Origin: Thalia democratica | Lineage: Eukaryota | Length of the DNA stretch: 64,000 nucleotides | Direction of reading: 5' to 3' | Assembly: GCA_965202585.1 (NCBI GenBank) | Contig: OZ241828.1 | Span: forward strand, 38,130,001-38,194,000 | In this document: piece after piece, positions 40,575 to 51,958 of the stretch | Layout of the letters: each line of letters opens with the position of its first letter | Numbering within the stretch: the stretch's first letter is position 1 | The notes under the pieces: generated by a model | The model's input: only the letters and a program-made list of their open reading frames with translations | Told to the model about the DNA's origin: nothing | The model's database searches: none | Translations under genes and position numbers: made by a program

Positions 40575-40888
40575 CAGGGTTGGCACTTGTTTTTTCAAAA
40601 ATTTTTCCAGGTTTTCCAAATTTTTTCCAGGTTTTTAAAAGTACACATTTTTGAAGCTATTTTTAGTTTAAATTTAAGTTTAAGGTAAGAAACTGTGTTA
40701 AATAGTATCCAAACATTGAAAATAGACTGTAGAGCTACTTTAAAAATGTTTTTTATTAAAAAAAAAATTTATGATAACAAAACCTTTTTATTTATATGAT
40801 AGATTTTTTGAGTCGAATCAAAATTTTACTACTGAACATGTGAAAATTGTTAAAATTCCAGTTTTTTCCAGGTAAAGTGACAACCCTG
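40575..40888 (+). mobile_element. hAT-type MITE, copy 1
   Basis: TIRs cagggttggcac and gtgacaaccctg; the body is closely similar to 40994-41340. Confidence 0.8.
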
Positions 40889-40993
40889 TATAAAGCAGGG
40901 TTTCCCAAACTCACAATAGCCTCTTAGGCAAAAACTAAAAAATAATAATTGTCCATACTTATTTGTTATATATCAACCCTTTACTAGTTATTT

Positions 40994-41340
40994 CAGGGTT
41001 GCCACTCGTTTTTTCAAAAAATTTTCCAGGTTTTTAAAAGTACACATTTTTGGGTCTATTTATAGTTTAGAGTTAAGTTAAAGGTAAGAAACTGTTTTTA
41101 ATAGTATAAAAACATTGAAAAGATACTGTAAAGCTACTTTAAATATGTTTTTTAAGTAAAAAAAAATTTGATGATGACAAAAATATAAATATGATAGATT
41201 TTTTGAGTCAAATCGAAATTTTACTACTTAACATGTGATTATTGTTCGAAATTCCAGGTTTTTCCAGTTATTTCGTCTAAATTGTTAGATTCCAGGCTTT
41301 TTAAGGTTTTTCTAGGTTTCCAGGTAAAGTTGCAATCCTG
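40994..41340 (+). mobile_element. hAT-type MITE, copy 2
   Basis: TIRs cagggttgccac and gttgcaatcctg; direct near-duplicate of 40575-40888. Confidence 0.8.
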
Positions 41341-41579
41341 TAAAATAAAAAAAATAATTTTCAAAATTTAGTCATTAAATAGACACTAAAACTTGTTTAA
41401 ATAGATTGAAATATGCTAAGCTTGATTTTTTATTAGAATAAGTTTTAAAGTTCATGTATAGTATACTAAGTTCACATTTCGACTTAATTAATATTATATT
41501 CATCTTTCGCGAATCTACGCACATTGTTTCCACTGCAAAAATAAGTAACTGAACGAGAGAAAGTAACTAAATGAGAGGT

Positions 41580-42175
41580 AGCAAATATGGGAACGGGTAA
41601 CTTTTGCACGAGCGTCACTTTTGCACTAGTGGACAATTTTGCACGTCGTCACTATTGCACGGAGGGTAAATATGAAAAATGAAAAGAAAAACAAATTGTA
41701 AAAAAAAACAAGAAGTAAAAATAAAAATACTAATTAATAAAAAATAAAAACGTAACCAACTGAGGACAAGGGTTAGTGGTTACAGTGATAGGAATATAAT
41801 AAAAAAAAAAATAGAAAAAAAATAATAAAAATAAACTAATAAAAATCAAAAAAAAAGCTACCAAAAACGGTAAGGGTTAGGGGTAACAGAGATAAAAAAA
41901 TAATTTACCTAAAAGATATTATTAATATATAAAAAAAACAGGAAAATAAAAAAAGCTATAAAAAACACACTAAATTCAAAAAAAATACCGACTGAGGGTA
42001 AGGGTTAGGGGTAATAGTAGTTAAAAAAAATAAAAAAAGTAAAGTTAATAAAAATAAAATATTTTTTTTTCAACCTGTGCTAAAGCGTCCCCTCGTGCTA
42101 AAGTGACGCTCGTGCAAAAGATTCGCAGTGCGAAAGTGTCCCCTCTTGCAAAAGTGACACCAACCAAGCAAATAT
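41580..42175. mobile_element. Foldback element with modular inverted arms and a 9-bp flanking direct repeat (Mutator-like)
   Basis: Left arm has ttttgcac units (41601-41660) and right arm has gcaaaag/gctaaag units (42077-42160). agcaaatat is repeated at 41580-41588 and 42167-42175. Three internal agggttag(g/t)gg blocks. Confidence 0.65.
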
Positions 42176-43756
42176 ACTTACTATATTGTTTGTTTTCTTA
42201 TAATGCATTTAATAAAATACAATTTCCCAATTTATTTCTTTACAAAAATAGTTTTCATTAAAGTTGTTCATAAACTAAAATAAAAATAAACAATGTATAT
42301 GTGTTAATAATTTAGTTTTTTTACTTTGTTCATTGGCAAATTAAAATTAAATTTGACTTGCATGGTATTAGAGAAAAATCTTAAAATGTGTTCAACCTTA
42401 GGTGGGCAAGGAACAAATTAGCTTAAAATAAGAGATTAAATGAGTTGAAATGAAACTTTATGTCATACATATTGTGAGTAATTGAAATCTTTTAAGGTTG
42501 CATTTTTTGTATCCAATGCAGCTTACAATAGTTATCCGAAAATCGAAAAAAGCCCTATAAAAACTTTTTTGAATCAGCTAAAATTTTATCACAAGTTATT
42601 CTTAATATTTGCTAAACGAAAACTAGTTTTCTAGTTGAAAACTCAGTATTTGAATGTTTTACAAGCGCCTTAGTTCAACAAGACCTGTTCAGTCTTAAAC
42701 AAACTTGAAAAAAAAGATTGAATAACTATTAAAAAGTGTTTTTGTCTCATATTTAGCCATGTATAAGTTGATCAATAGTGTAAAAATTTTCAAAATTTGA
42801 AAACTACTTATTACGAAAAAGAACTTTTTTCCTGAAACTTACAGCAAGCTGAAAACTATATTTGTAAGTAGGCTTTAAACTTTTAACTTAAAGTAAGCTG
42901 AAAACGAAAAATTGTGAATTATCATCTAAATTTCAGTTATCTTTAATAGTAATAATTTAAGAATGTATCAGAAGTTAGTCTTTACAATTTTATTTATTAG
43001 AGCTTTACCTGAAAAGCTTTTTTCCAAGAAACGCCACATCTTTTTTTCCTTCGGATTTTCGTTGTTTTCTTAAATTTGCTCTAAACATATTTTAGTATAT
43101 AATTAGAAGTCATGTAAACAAGGTTTGTACTTTTTCATGCATTTTAATAGTCGTGCAAAAGCTTGTCTTTACCTGTGGTCAGTTTTCAAAAAGTAATAAA
43201 ATCAAATAAATCATAAAAAAAAACTCAATTTTTAACTCTAATGTCTTGTTTAAACCCTTGTTAGCCTTTTATTTAGTTTAATAGTCTAGAATGAAAAAAA
43301 GTATAATTATTTTTTTATATCTTTTAAGTAAATTTTTATAAACACAAGCTTACAACTAGAATAGATTGTCTTATAAACTTACAATTTAGATTAAAAAGAA
43401 GCTCTTATTAAATAGTTTTCAAAAATACTTTAAGTATATCAATTAAAAATTCCAATCGAGATTATAGTAATTTTATATATTTTATATAGTAAACTACAGG
43501 CTATTTTATAATATTATAGTGCACTTTAAATGCACATTCTAGCAGTAAAATCAACTCGTTTTTTACTTGACTTCAAAAAATAGACATATAGTAAGAGTAA
43601 TTTAAAATTCTAAAAATAATTTAAAATTTTATCCGTTTGGTGACAGTAGAGGTTTGAATCATATTTCATCATTATGTAACACTGAAATTCGACTATCTCC
43701 AAAAATTAGAAAGTTTTAGTTTGAAAAATAAATATTTTATCACGCAAAATTCTTTA

Positions 43757-43863
43757 TCTAAATTGTAAAACGATGTACAACTAGAAATAAATATTCTATT
43801 TTAATTATTTAGTCACACAAAATTCCATTTCTAAATTGTAAAAGGATGTACAACGAGAAATAA
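43757..43863. repeat. 34-bp direct duplication
   Basis: tctaaattgtaaaacgatgtacaactagaaataa (43757) versus tctaaattgtaaaaggatgtacaacgagaaataa (43830). Confidence 0.8.
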
Positions 43864-44525
43864 CTATTTTTATGTTTTAAAATAGTAAAATATTTGATCA
43901 AATTTACAAGTAAAATAACAAACTAAATATTATATTTTGTGGTGAAACAGTGTATCAATAAATTTATACATAATAAATTATTTTGTGTTTATTTCATAAT
44001 TAAAGCACTATAAAATAATAGTATGTTAATAAAAACTTTAAGCTAAAAAGTTTACAAAGTTTTTAGTCAATCACTATATTAGTAAAAAAATCTATTAAAA
44101 ACTTAAATAAGTATATTAATACTTATGTTTATTTGTTTTTTACTACCCAGTCTTAATTATAAAGAAGTGCAAAAGTATATGTTATTCAAAAAAAAATTAA
44201 GTTTTCTATTTTAAATTACAAGAAGTTAAAAATTTAACATTGAGAAAAATATAAATTTAAGTTTATAAATGTCTCAGTTTACAAAATTATAATAGACTGT
44301 TTAGTTTAAAAATAATTATTAAAAAATTGAGTAAAAAATACTTGTATTTAGCTCTTTATTCTTATGCTGATGTGATAAAATTCTAAAAACTTTTGTGTTA
44401 TACGGTAATACAATGTCTAAGATGTAGTTTTGATAAATTAAAATCAAACTAATGCAATTTTTACTAAACGTATGGGTAAAAAAAGCTTGACCTGTTAAAA
44501 ATTTCTTAGGCACAAACTTAAAGGC

Positions 44526-45260
44526 TTATGTAACAACGAGTTCAAACCCTCTACTGACACTTGACGGATAAAAACTTTTGGAAAAACATTTACAAGTTAC
44601 ATAACTCAATTTATTAAAACGCTAAAAGTATTCTTTATTTTAGACTTAAAGGACGTACAAATAGAAACAATTATTTTTGAGGTTTTAAAATAGTGAAACA
44701 CTCAATCAAATCTACAAGTAAGATAACTAACCTTATAAAACATGTTTTCAGTTTCAGAACTTTTGACAACCTCAGACACAACTTAGATTGAGTTGTTTTC
44801 CTGCATTAAAAAAAACACATAATTAAGATTATCAGTATTAAACTTAAATTCATACAAAAACTGAGTTTAAAGCAGTTAAAAGATTAGAAAACGCTTCATT
44901 TTGATAAATCTTATCTGTGTTGTTTAGTTAAAAATGTATTTTTTTGAATTATTACAGATAACTTTAACACAGTCTTTCAATAGTTATTATTAAACTCTTA
45001 TTTCTATATACATTTCTATTTAAAACACCGACACCTATAAAATAACCCAATTAAATTTAGTCGTACAAATTTTAGAAACTAACCGTCATTTATAATAGTT
45101 ACGTAAAGTAAAATTAATTTTTATAAGGTTAAAGCAAAAATTCCATTGCAAAACAGCACTGTACGTCGAATCTTATGTAAAGCAACTTGTATTTGAGAGT
45201 TTACGTAATGATTGCTTACTGAGGTAACTTTTCTCGTTTTTTCAAAAAGCCTTTATGTAA
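44526..45260. promoter_or_regulatory. Cluster of six D-box (NFIL3/PAR bZIP, TTAYGTAA) sites
   Basis: TTATGTAA 44526, GTTACATAAC 44596, TTACGTAA 45099, TTATGTAA 45173, TTACGTAA 45201, TTATGTAA 45253. Confidence 0.55.
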
Positions 45261-46164
45261 GCTGTTTTTTTCAATCAAGTTTTTCTTTTATTAAAACTTC
45301 ATGTATAGTTTAAGTGAAAGCAAAACTTTAGGAAAAGTATCATAAGTATTGGTAAAATAAATTTTTATTCGACTAAATTAATTTCTGTTACAATGACTCC
45401 ATTTAAACTTTTAGCTTAAATCATATTAGTTTTATGTTTTGTTAAAATCAAATAATCTATAAAAAAAATTAACTTTAAAACATTATAACAAAGTTTGAAT
45501 AAAATGTAAATAAATACACTAACTTGATCTCATAAAAATTGTTGAGTTTATCCATAGAGTTTTTTCCAGTAGTCCTTCATGTTATCTGAAAATTTTTAAA
45601 TGTAAATTTTATTTTTAAAACTAAAATTTAAATATAGATTAAGTTAAAAAATTAAGATAACAAATGATAACTAACAAGTTACACTTAGCTTTGTATTTGA
45701 TTCAACATAAAATCAATGCACACTTTAAATTTGCTATAAAAACAAGAAAGTATAAATAGTTGTTCCATTGAAATAGATCTGATAATTAAGGCTTTAGCTA
45801 CAACTTTAAACCTTTAGCTAGTTATTTATACTATCATGGTTAAAAAACGTATTTTTTAGAATATATAAAGAATTGACCATATAGTTTAAAATTCTATTCA
45901 TAAAAAACTTTTTCATTTTCTTCATTCATGTAATTTTCTTAACATCAATATTTAATTTAAACTTTGAAAATAACGTATTGTTATTATATAAAATGTAAAA
46001 GCGAGTATAAATAGTTGTATTTAAAAAAAAGAAGTTGTAGTGAAAAATTATATAGTTTAGCTAAAATCAAAATTATACATTTTAAATTAACAAAATACTA
46101 GTACAACTTATTAAAATTTTGTTACTGTTTTACTTTTGAAACAAAATAAATACTTTTTAAATTC

Positions 46165-46314
46165 TTTCAAGATATCTCAAAGTTTCGGTCAAAGACCTCT
46201 TCAGTGCTGATTTTAAAAATCTTATTGAAGTAGAATCTATTTGAATAAGGTTTTTTAAACAAGCATTGGAAAGGTCTTTGACCGAAACTGAGTCTGCTTT
46301 AAAATATCTTGAAA
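46165..46314. repeat. 150-bp imperfect palindrome (foldback MITE-like)
   Basis: Perfect 18-bp pair agtttcggtcaaagacct (46181-46198) / aggtctttgaccgaaact (46272-46289), outer pair tttcaagatat/atatcttgaaa, and inner near-matches. Confidence 0.75.
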
Positions 46315-49293
46315 TAATTTAACAAATATAATTTCTCCTCTAGAAGTTTAGAACTTTTTATTAGTTTTCGAAAAATAAGTCATATAACAAAATAAATACG
46401 TTAAACAGTACAAAAATTTCTAAAAGTAAGAGGTTGATTTTAGCTTAAAGTGTAATTAAAAGTACATTTTTTTAATTAATACATTTCACCCTATTTAAAC
46501 TAATAAAAAATGCTTAGAAGTTTTAAACTAAAAAAAAGTTTTCATTTATTATTTCCTAATAACTGAAATAAAAACATCTAATTAAAAGAAGAGTAAGTTC
46601 TTGTTTTATTAAAACTAAATAAGTAGTTTTTGCTTAGTAACATTTTAAGATATTCATAGAAAATAAAACACTTTGCAGTGATGTTATTGCCTGTTTTAAA
46701 CGTTTTAAGTAATTAAAAAAAAAGCGATATTCGGTCTACTGCGTTTTTTATAACGGTTTGTTTTTCAACTAATACAACTAGTTAGATTTTCAGTTTTTCA
46801 CTACTGGAAAAAAAATATCTAACAGCTTAAAGTTTACTTAAACTTAAACACAAAGACTCATCTAGTTTTATCTATATAACATGCATCAAATTAGTGTAGA
46901 TATATGAAAGAAACTAATTTTTTTTTTCTTGTTTGTAAGCCAGATTATTATTGTTCGCTAAAGTTTTTAAATTATTATCTAGTAAAACATTACAAAATTG
47001 TGTTTAAAAAATTTATTGACATAAAGTTTAATTATTATGTTCGCTTTAATAACATAAAAAACTGCCACTGAAATTATTTGTTTGAATTTTGTTCAATTAG
47101 CAACTTTTTTTATTATAGTATATCATAATTTATTTTGGTTTTTGTTAAGTTAATTAAAAGTTAATTGTTACATCTGTTAAACTGCTTTTTATATTAGAAG
47201 TTTTACATTCTAACTTAAAAAAAAGTTAAACCTTAAACTAAACTTCAAGTATTTAATAAAAAAAACTTTTAAACAAAAAGTTTAGTAAACCATATAAACT
47301 GAGTGACTTTTTACATGGTCTTTGGAAAAGATAAACAACAACACCACACTACTCAACACTTTAAGTATCAACGCAGTTGTTAAAAGTAAAACTACATAAG
47401 TCATTGTAAGTTTTACGCGTTTAAGTTTAAAGAAAAGTCAGGTAACGAGCTTCAAGGGAACTATTTATCTCTGTTGAAAACTAAAAGCTTCAAGAAGGCA
47501 ATGTGTCTTGTAAGACTTCAGCTCAAGTTAGCTTGCCGCAACTGTTTATGCATGAGCATTTGAAAATGCCGGTATGAATTATCTACACGGTTGACTGAAC
47601 ACACATGCAATGCGGGCATACACTTGCTCACGCTTTATATAAACTTAGTGTTATATTAAATTAAAGAAACGCAGTTCTTTAACTAGAGAGTAAAGTATTG
47701 AACATACCTCGGCGTTTGTGACCAAGCTTGAGGCTACCCAAAATTTAAAAATAAACTAAGTTAATAAAGATGGCTTTAAAACTAAGCTTGTTTTAACAAC
47801 AAATTTTATTACAAATATTATTACAAAATTATCAGTTCTTAAAAACCTACTTGAAAAAAGTCTTGATTATATACGGGTTGGTTTCCTTGTTTTCTTTCAT
47901 AAATACAAACACCTGTTTATTTTTTTTGTGTAAAAAAATAAAATTATTTTACACACAAAACCCTTAAAACTTATTTCTGTATATAGGCTCTTTAAAGAGC
48001 AGAAGCCAATAAAAGAGCCTAAAAGTCTTAACTTAAACTAGAATAACATTATATACTTCAATCAAGTAAGGCTATTAAAAACTAAAATATAATTTGATAA
48101 AAATCTTTTTTAATACTTTAATCTAAAGCGTAAAAGCAAAACATCTAAATTAGCTACATGCAAAACATAGTAATTAAGGCACTAAAAACGAACCTGACAC
48201 TATTCGCTCCACTAAAACTTTGTCTTTTTTGGTTGAAAGCTTATTTTAGTACCCTCTCATCTTCACAAATTACACACGGCTCAGTATCTCCTTTATTCTA
48301 GTATTTTCTTCATTCTAGTAACCTTGGTCACCTGCTAAACTACTAAACTCCACTTTCTCAAGTTTTTTTTTATTACGGTATTAAGGTTTAGCAAGCCCAG
48401 ACTGCAATGTTTTGTTTTTAAATACCCCTTAACTTAATCTTTTTCTTAGTTTAGCGTTTTAAATGTTTACTCTTATTCATTTTTCTAAACAACTGAGCTT
48501 TTCCCAATTCTAAATAGTTTTGCATCGTTTTAAATTCTTAAAAATGGCAAGTCTGGGCCGCTTTACCTGTTTTCAATATTGAATTAATTATCAACATCAA
48601 TTTTCTGTTTTGTTCCTAACACTTTTTAAGTTTACAGTTTTAGTACAGCTTTAAAGCATAACGTGACTTTATAATACTTTAAAAGCAAAACAAGTTACAA
48701 CAGTTTTTATAGTTTTAATTATTAACATTAATACTAGTTTAAAATACTTTAAAGGGAATATTAATAAAGTGCAAGTGTTAGGAAAACAAAATAGTAATGT
48801 AAATATTTTATGATTAAAAGTTAGTCTTTCCACATTGTATTTGTATTTTTGAACTAAAAATTTAATTTATATTTACAAACTTCAATAAACAGCAAATTAT
48901 GGTCTAATCAATTAAATGGTTTCTTTATAGTTTTTTTTCATTTTGATAAAATTAAAAAGCTGCTTGATAAAAATAAAAATTTATTTAAACGGCAAAAGTT
49001 AGACTGTGGAAACACTAACTTGATAGATTAATTACAAAGTGCTTATAAATGCGTAGCGTACCTCTCCTAATTCTTTTTCTTCAGGTGACACAGAGATTTA
49101 TAAATTTTAAAACAAAAAAATCCTTATAATTATTTTCGGACATCTCTACTCTTAATCGAAACTATCTTGCTTTCTCACCTAAGGTTCTTTACATTAAACC
49201 ATTTAATCTTTGCATTTAACTACGCTTAAAAATTACCTCGTCTGTTAAGTTTATACAAAAAACTCTTTTACCACATTAAAAAGTTTTATTCGA

Positions 49294-49363
49294 CAGGCGT
49301 CCGTTTCCTATGCTTGGGAAAACCTCAAAAAAGGTAATCCCAAAAGAAGAAACGGACGCGCTG
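49294..49363 (-). ncRNA. Candidate pre-miRNA-like hairpin
   Basis: GCGTCCGTTTC (49297-49307) pairs with GAAACGGACGC (49349-49359). Inner helices are TTGGGA/TCCCAA and ACCT/AGGT with a 6-nt loop. The minus-strand fold gains G-U pairs. Confidence 0.35.
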
Positions 49364-50212
49364 CCATTAGCTGGTGACGATAAGAAATTTACGACGGAAA
49401 GCGAACATCAACTACGAAGATAAAAATAAGTAAAAAAGAAAAAAAATATATGTACACGGCCCTACACTATTCCTTTCCACCTTCTCTCCTAACTTTTATG
49501 GTTTAAAAAAAAAACTTAATTAAATTTTGCCAATTAAATGGTCACCTAAAGAATGTAACGAGAGCTACGTTTTAACAGTTAGATTATTCACCGCTATTAA
49601 AACCAAGTTAAAGTTATTTTTCTGCGTCGTTTTTACAACGGGCAAGCAATAACTGTTGTGTCACTTGCAAAATAAAAATAAAAACAACAAAGTCATTAAT
49701 ACTAATTATGTAAAAGTTAAGTTTGTTTGTATGATATACACACATAGTTTTGATTCTCAGTTACAAATCCATTAGTTTTTACTCTGCCTCTTTCCATGGG
49801 AACTTTTTAGATCAAAGCAACAAGTGAAGTTTCGTGTTCTTTGGAATCTAACCGGTTTTGGACGAGCCAAGCACCTCTGGTCAGATCCAAAGCTGTCCAC
49901 TTTATTTTTTACTTATTCAAAAACGTCGATAGCATCTAAAAAGACAGAAAAACATCCGATAGAACTTCGCTTGGTCGGCCATGGTGAGCCTAGCTCTTCT
50001 GTTTTTTTAGTTGCGATCATTGTGTGAGGGTTGGGGAGGCGACAAGGCAAAGTTAAAACTAACCGAGCGATCGTAGAGATCTATACAACGAAGTAGTTTT
50101 AAAATCACAGCTAACAGGTGTAACAACAACACAAAAGCATGAACTGTATATAAGTAAATGTTTTATCGAACAACAACAATTATCACTTACCGATCATATT
50201 TTTACAACTTAC

Positions 50213-50353
50213 ACTCCGGCCATCCTGAGAGATGCTTGCTCTGAGCTCCGCGAGAGTGTTGATAGACTCGTTCTGTCACCGTTTTCTGAAAACTTCCCCT
50301 GCGAAGCGACACCGGGCAACATTTTAATAGGGAAGTTCTCGGGCTCGAAAAGT
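50213..50353 (-). other. Orphan 141-nt exon downstream of NFIL3
   Basis: Long pyrimidine tract ending ctctccag and a GTAAGT donor. The block is GC-rich with an open phase 2-2 frame (LFEPENFPIKMLPGVASQGKFSENGDRTSLSTLSRSSEQASLRMAG). Confidence 0.5.
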
Positions 50354-51958
50354 CTGGAGAGAAGGAAGGAAAAGGGACAGTGGTCGAAGGGACAGAAAAA
50401 AAAACACATATACAATGTAGATAAAGTACTAAAGATCAAATAACAACCCTCGCGCAAGTTGGAAAAGACAACACAAATACACACAAACACGACACACACA
50501 CTTATTCATGTAATATTAACTAATTGAAAAGTATGTCCCAATTTATGGATTATGTGACAGTAATAACTTTCGACACATATCAAAAGGTACAACGAAAAAA
50601 GTAAAAAAAAACAAGTACAACGATACTAAAGTTACGTAATAAGAAAAATAAAGTAGTAACGTAACATTTTATATTAAAATTTGAACGATTTTACGTTAAG
50701 CAGTTTTTTTTAAATTTTTTTATGTTTATGAAACATAGTTAATTAGAAATTATTATAAAAAATATTTTTATCTGTATTTTACTTTTGTAACTTCAAAGTG
50801 AAAAATATTTAAGCTTGTCTTCTTTTTTTATCAACGAAAAACGACTATATACAAAAAATCCCTCTGCAGTATAACTATCAAGTTACCAATTACAAATCTT
50901 TCGATCATATTAAAAACTTACTTCATTTAAACTTACAACTCAAAAAAGGCATCCTCGCAAAACAACACATTCTTATCATTAGTCTCGTAAGCATACCAAT
51001 ACCTTTCTATACGAAATTAAAGCGAAAATAAAACAAAATGAACAACATGTCTCTTAGCCCTGGTCGTAGCAAAGTATGGAAAGAAACAATCAGTAGTTGT
51101 TGGCTTAACCGTAAAAAGTAAGAATATGTACAAGGGGCTAGAGATTAAGTTACTCTAGCTGAAATCAGTTTTAGAAAACAACAAAAATACAAAATAAAAG
51201 CGTTAAAATACTTGAACATGTTCATAAGTTCTTTTTTACTTACAAAATACTTTAAGCACAAAGGGTCAGAGTTTTTACCCAAAAAAAATTTTACTCACAC
51301 GCGCACACACCATGCTCACAAATATTCAAACACGCTCATTTAAAAATTTAGACCGACCAAATGTAGTTTTTATGAATTTTTTAGTGTTTGTTTGACTGTA
51401 CATGTGTGGTTTAATGTCTGCTCTTATTCCGCAGTGTTAGTGTGTGTGCATGTGTATCTGTGTTGCTCCGAGCTAACTGAATAAGCTTTGAACTTTTACT
51501 AAAAAAGTTTTTTTAAAAGTAAAGTTTTGAAAATAAGTCAGCTTTTTCAGCTAGCTCGGTTGGACCAAACCCTTCATCGTCAAACTTAGTAAAAAAAAAC
51601 ACTAAATTGTTTTATCATGCAGATATATATACAAAAAAAGCAAGAATTGGTGTTAAAAGGGCCATGAGATGAATGGATTGCCAACGGATTTCTGTATTGT
51701 TGTTGTTGTTCACACGGGTGTTCAAGGCTTTTGTTAACTTATAAAGTAATCGGCTATTTTGAATCTATTGTCTAAGGAATGTGCACGAACCAACTGGAAA
51801 CTGCGTGGTTCGTGGTGTTTTTTCAAATTCATACGCAAAGAGAGTATTGGTTCAAAATAAACGATCTTTTCAACAACAAACAAAAAGTCACCAATAATAA
51901 TAAATTTTAGCAGAGTCCCTGTACAAAACACTTGGTGTGTGACCCGTGTCGCCGGGCG

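Noticed and set aside
29650-44513. ORFs at 29650, 30762, 32520, 37867, 39289, 39421, 39624 and 44319
   Set aside because: No recognisable domains and no in-phase exon chain. The 39.3-39.6 kb island is slightly GC-richer, but every spliced frame I tried hit stops.
47430-47640. GC-richer island with open frames on the + strand
   Set aside because: No homologous motif or partner exons could be identified.
48228-48300. Minus-strand EPCVICEDE zinc-finger-like peptide
   Set aside because: A single CxxC flanked by stops; no second half of a finger was found.
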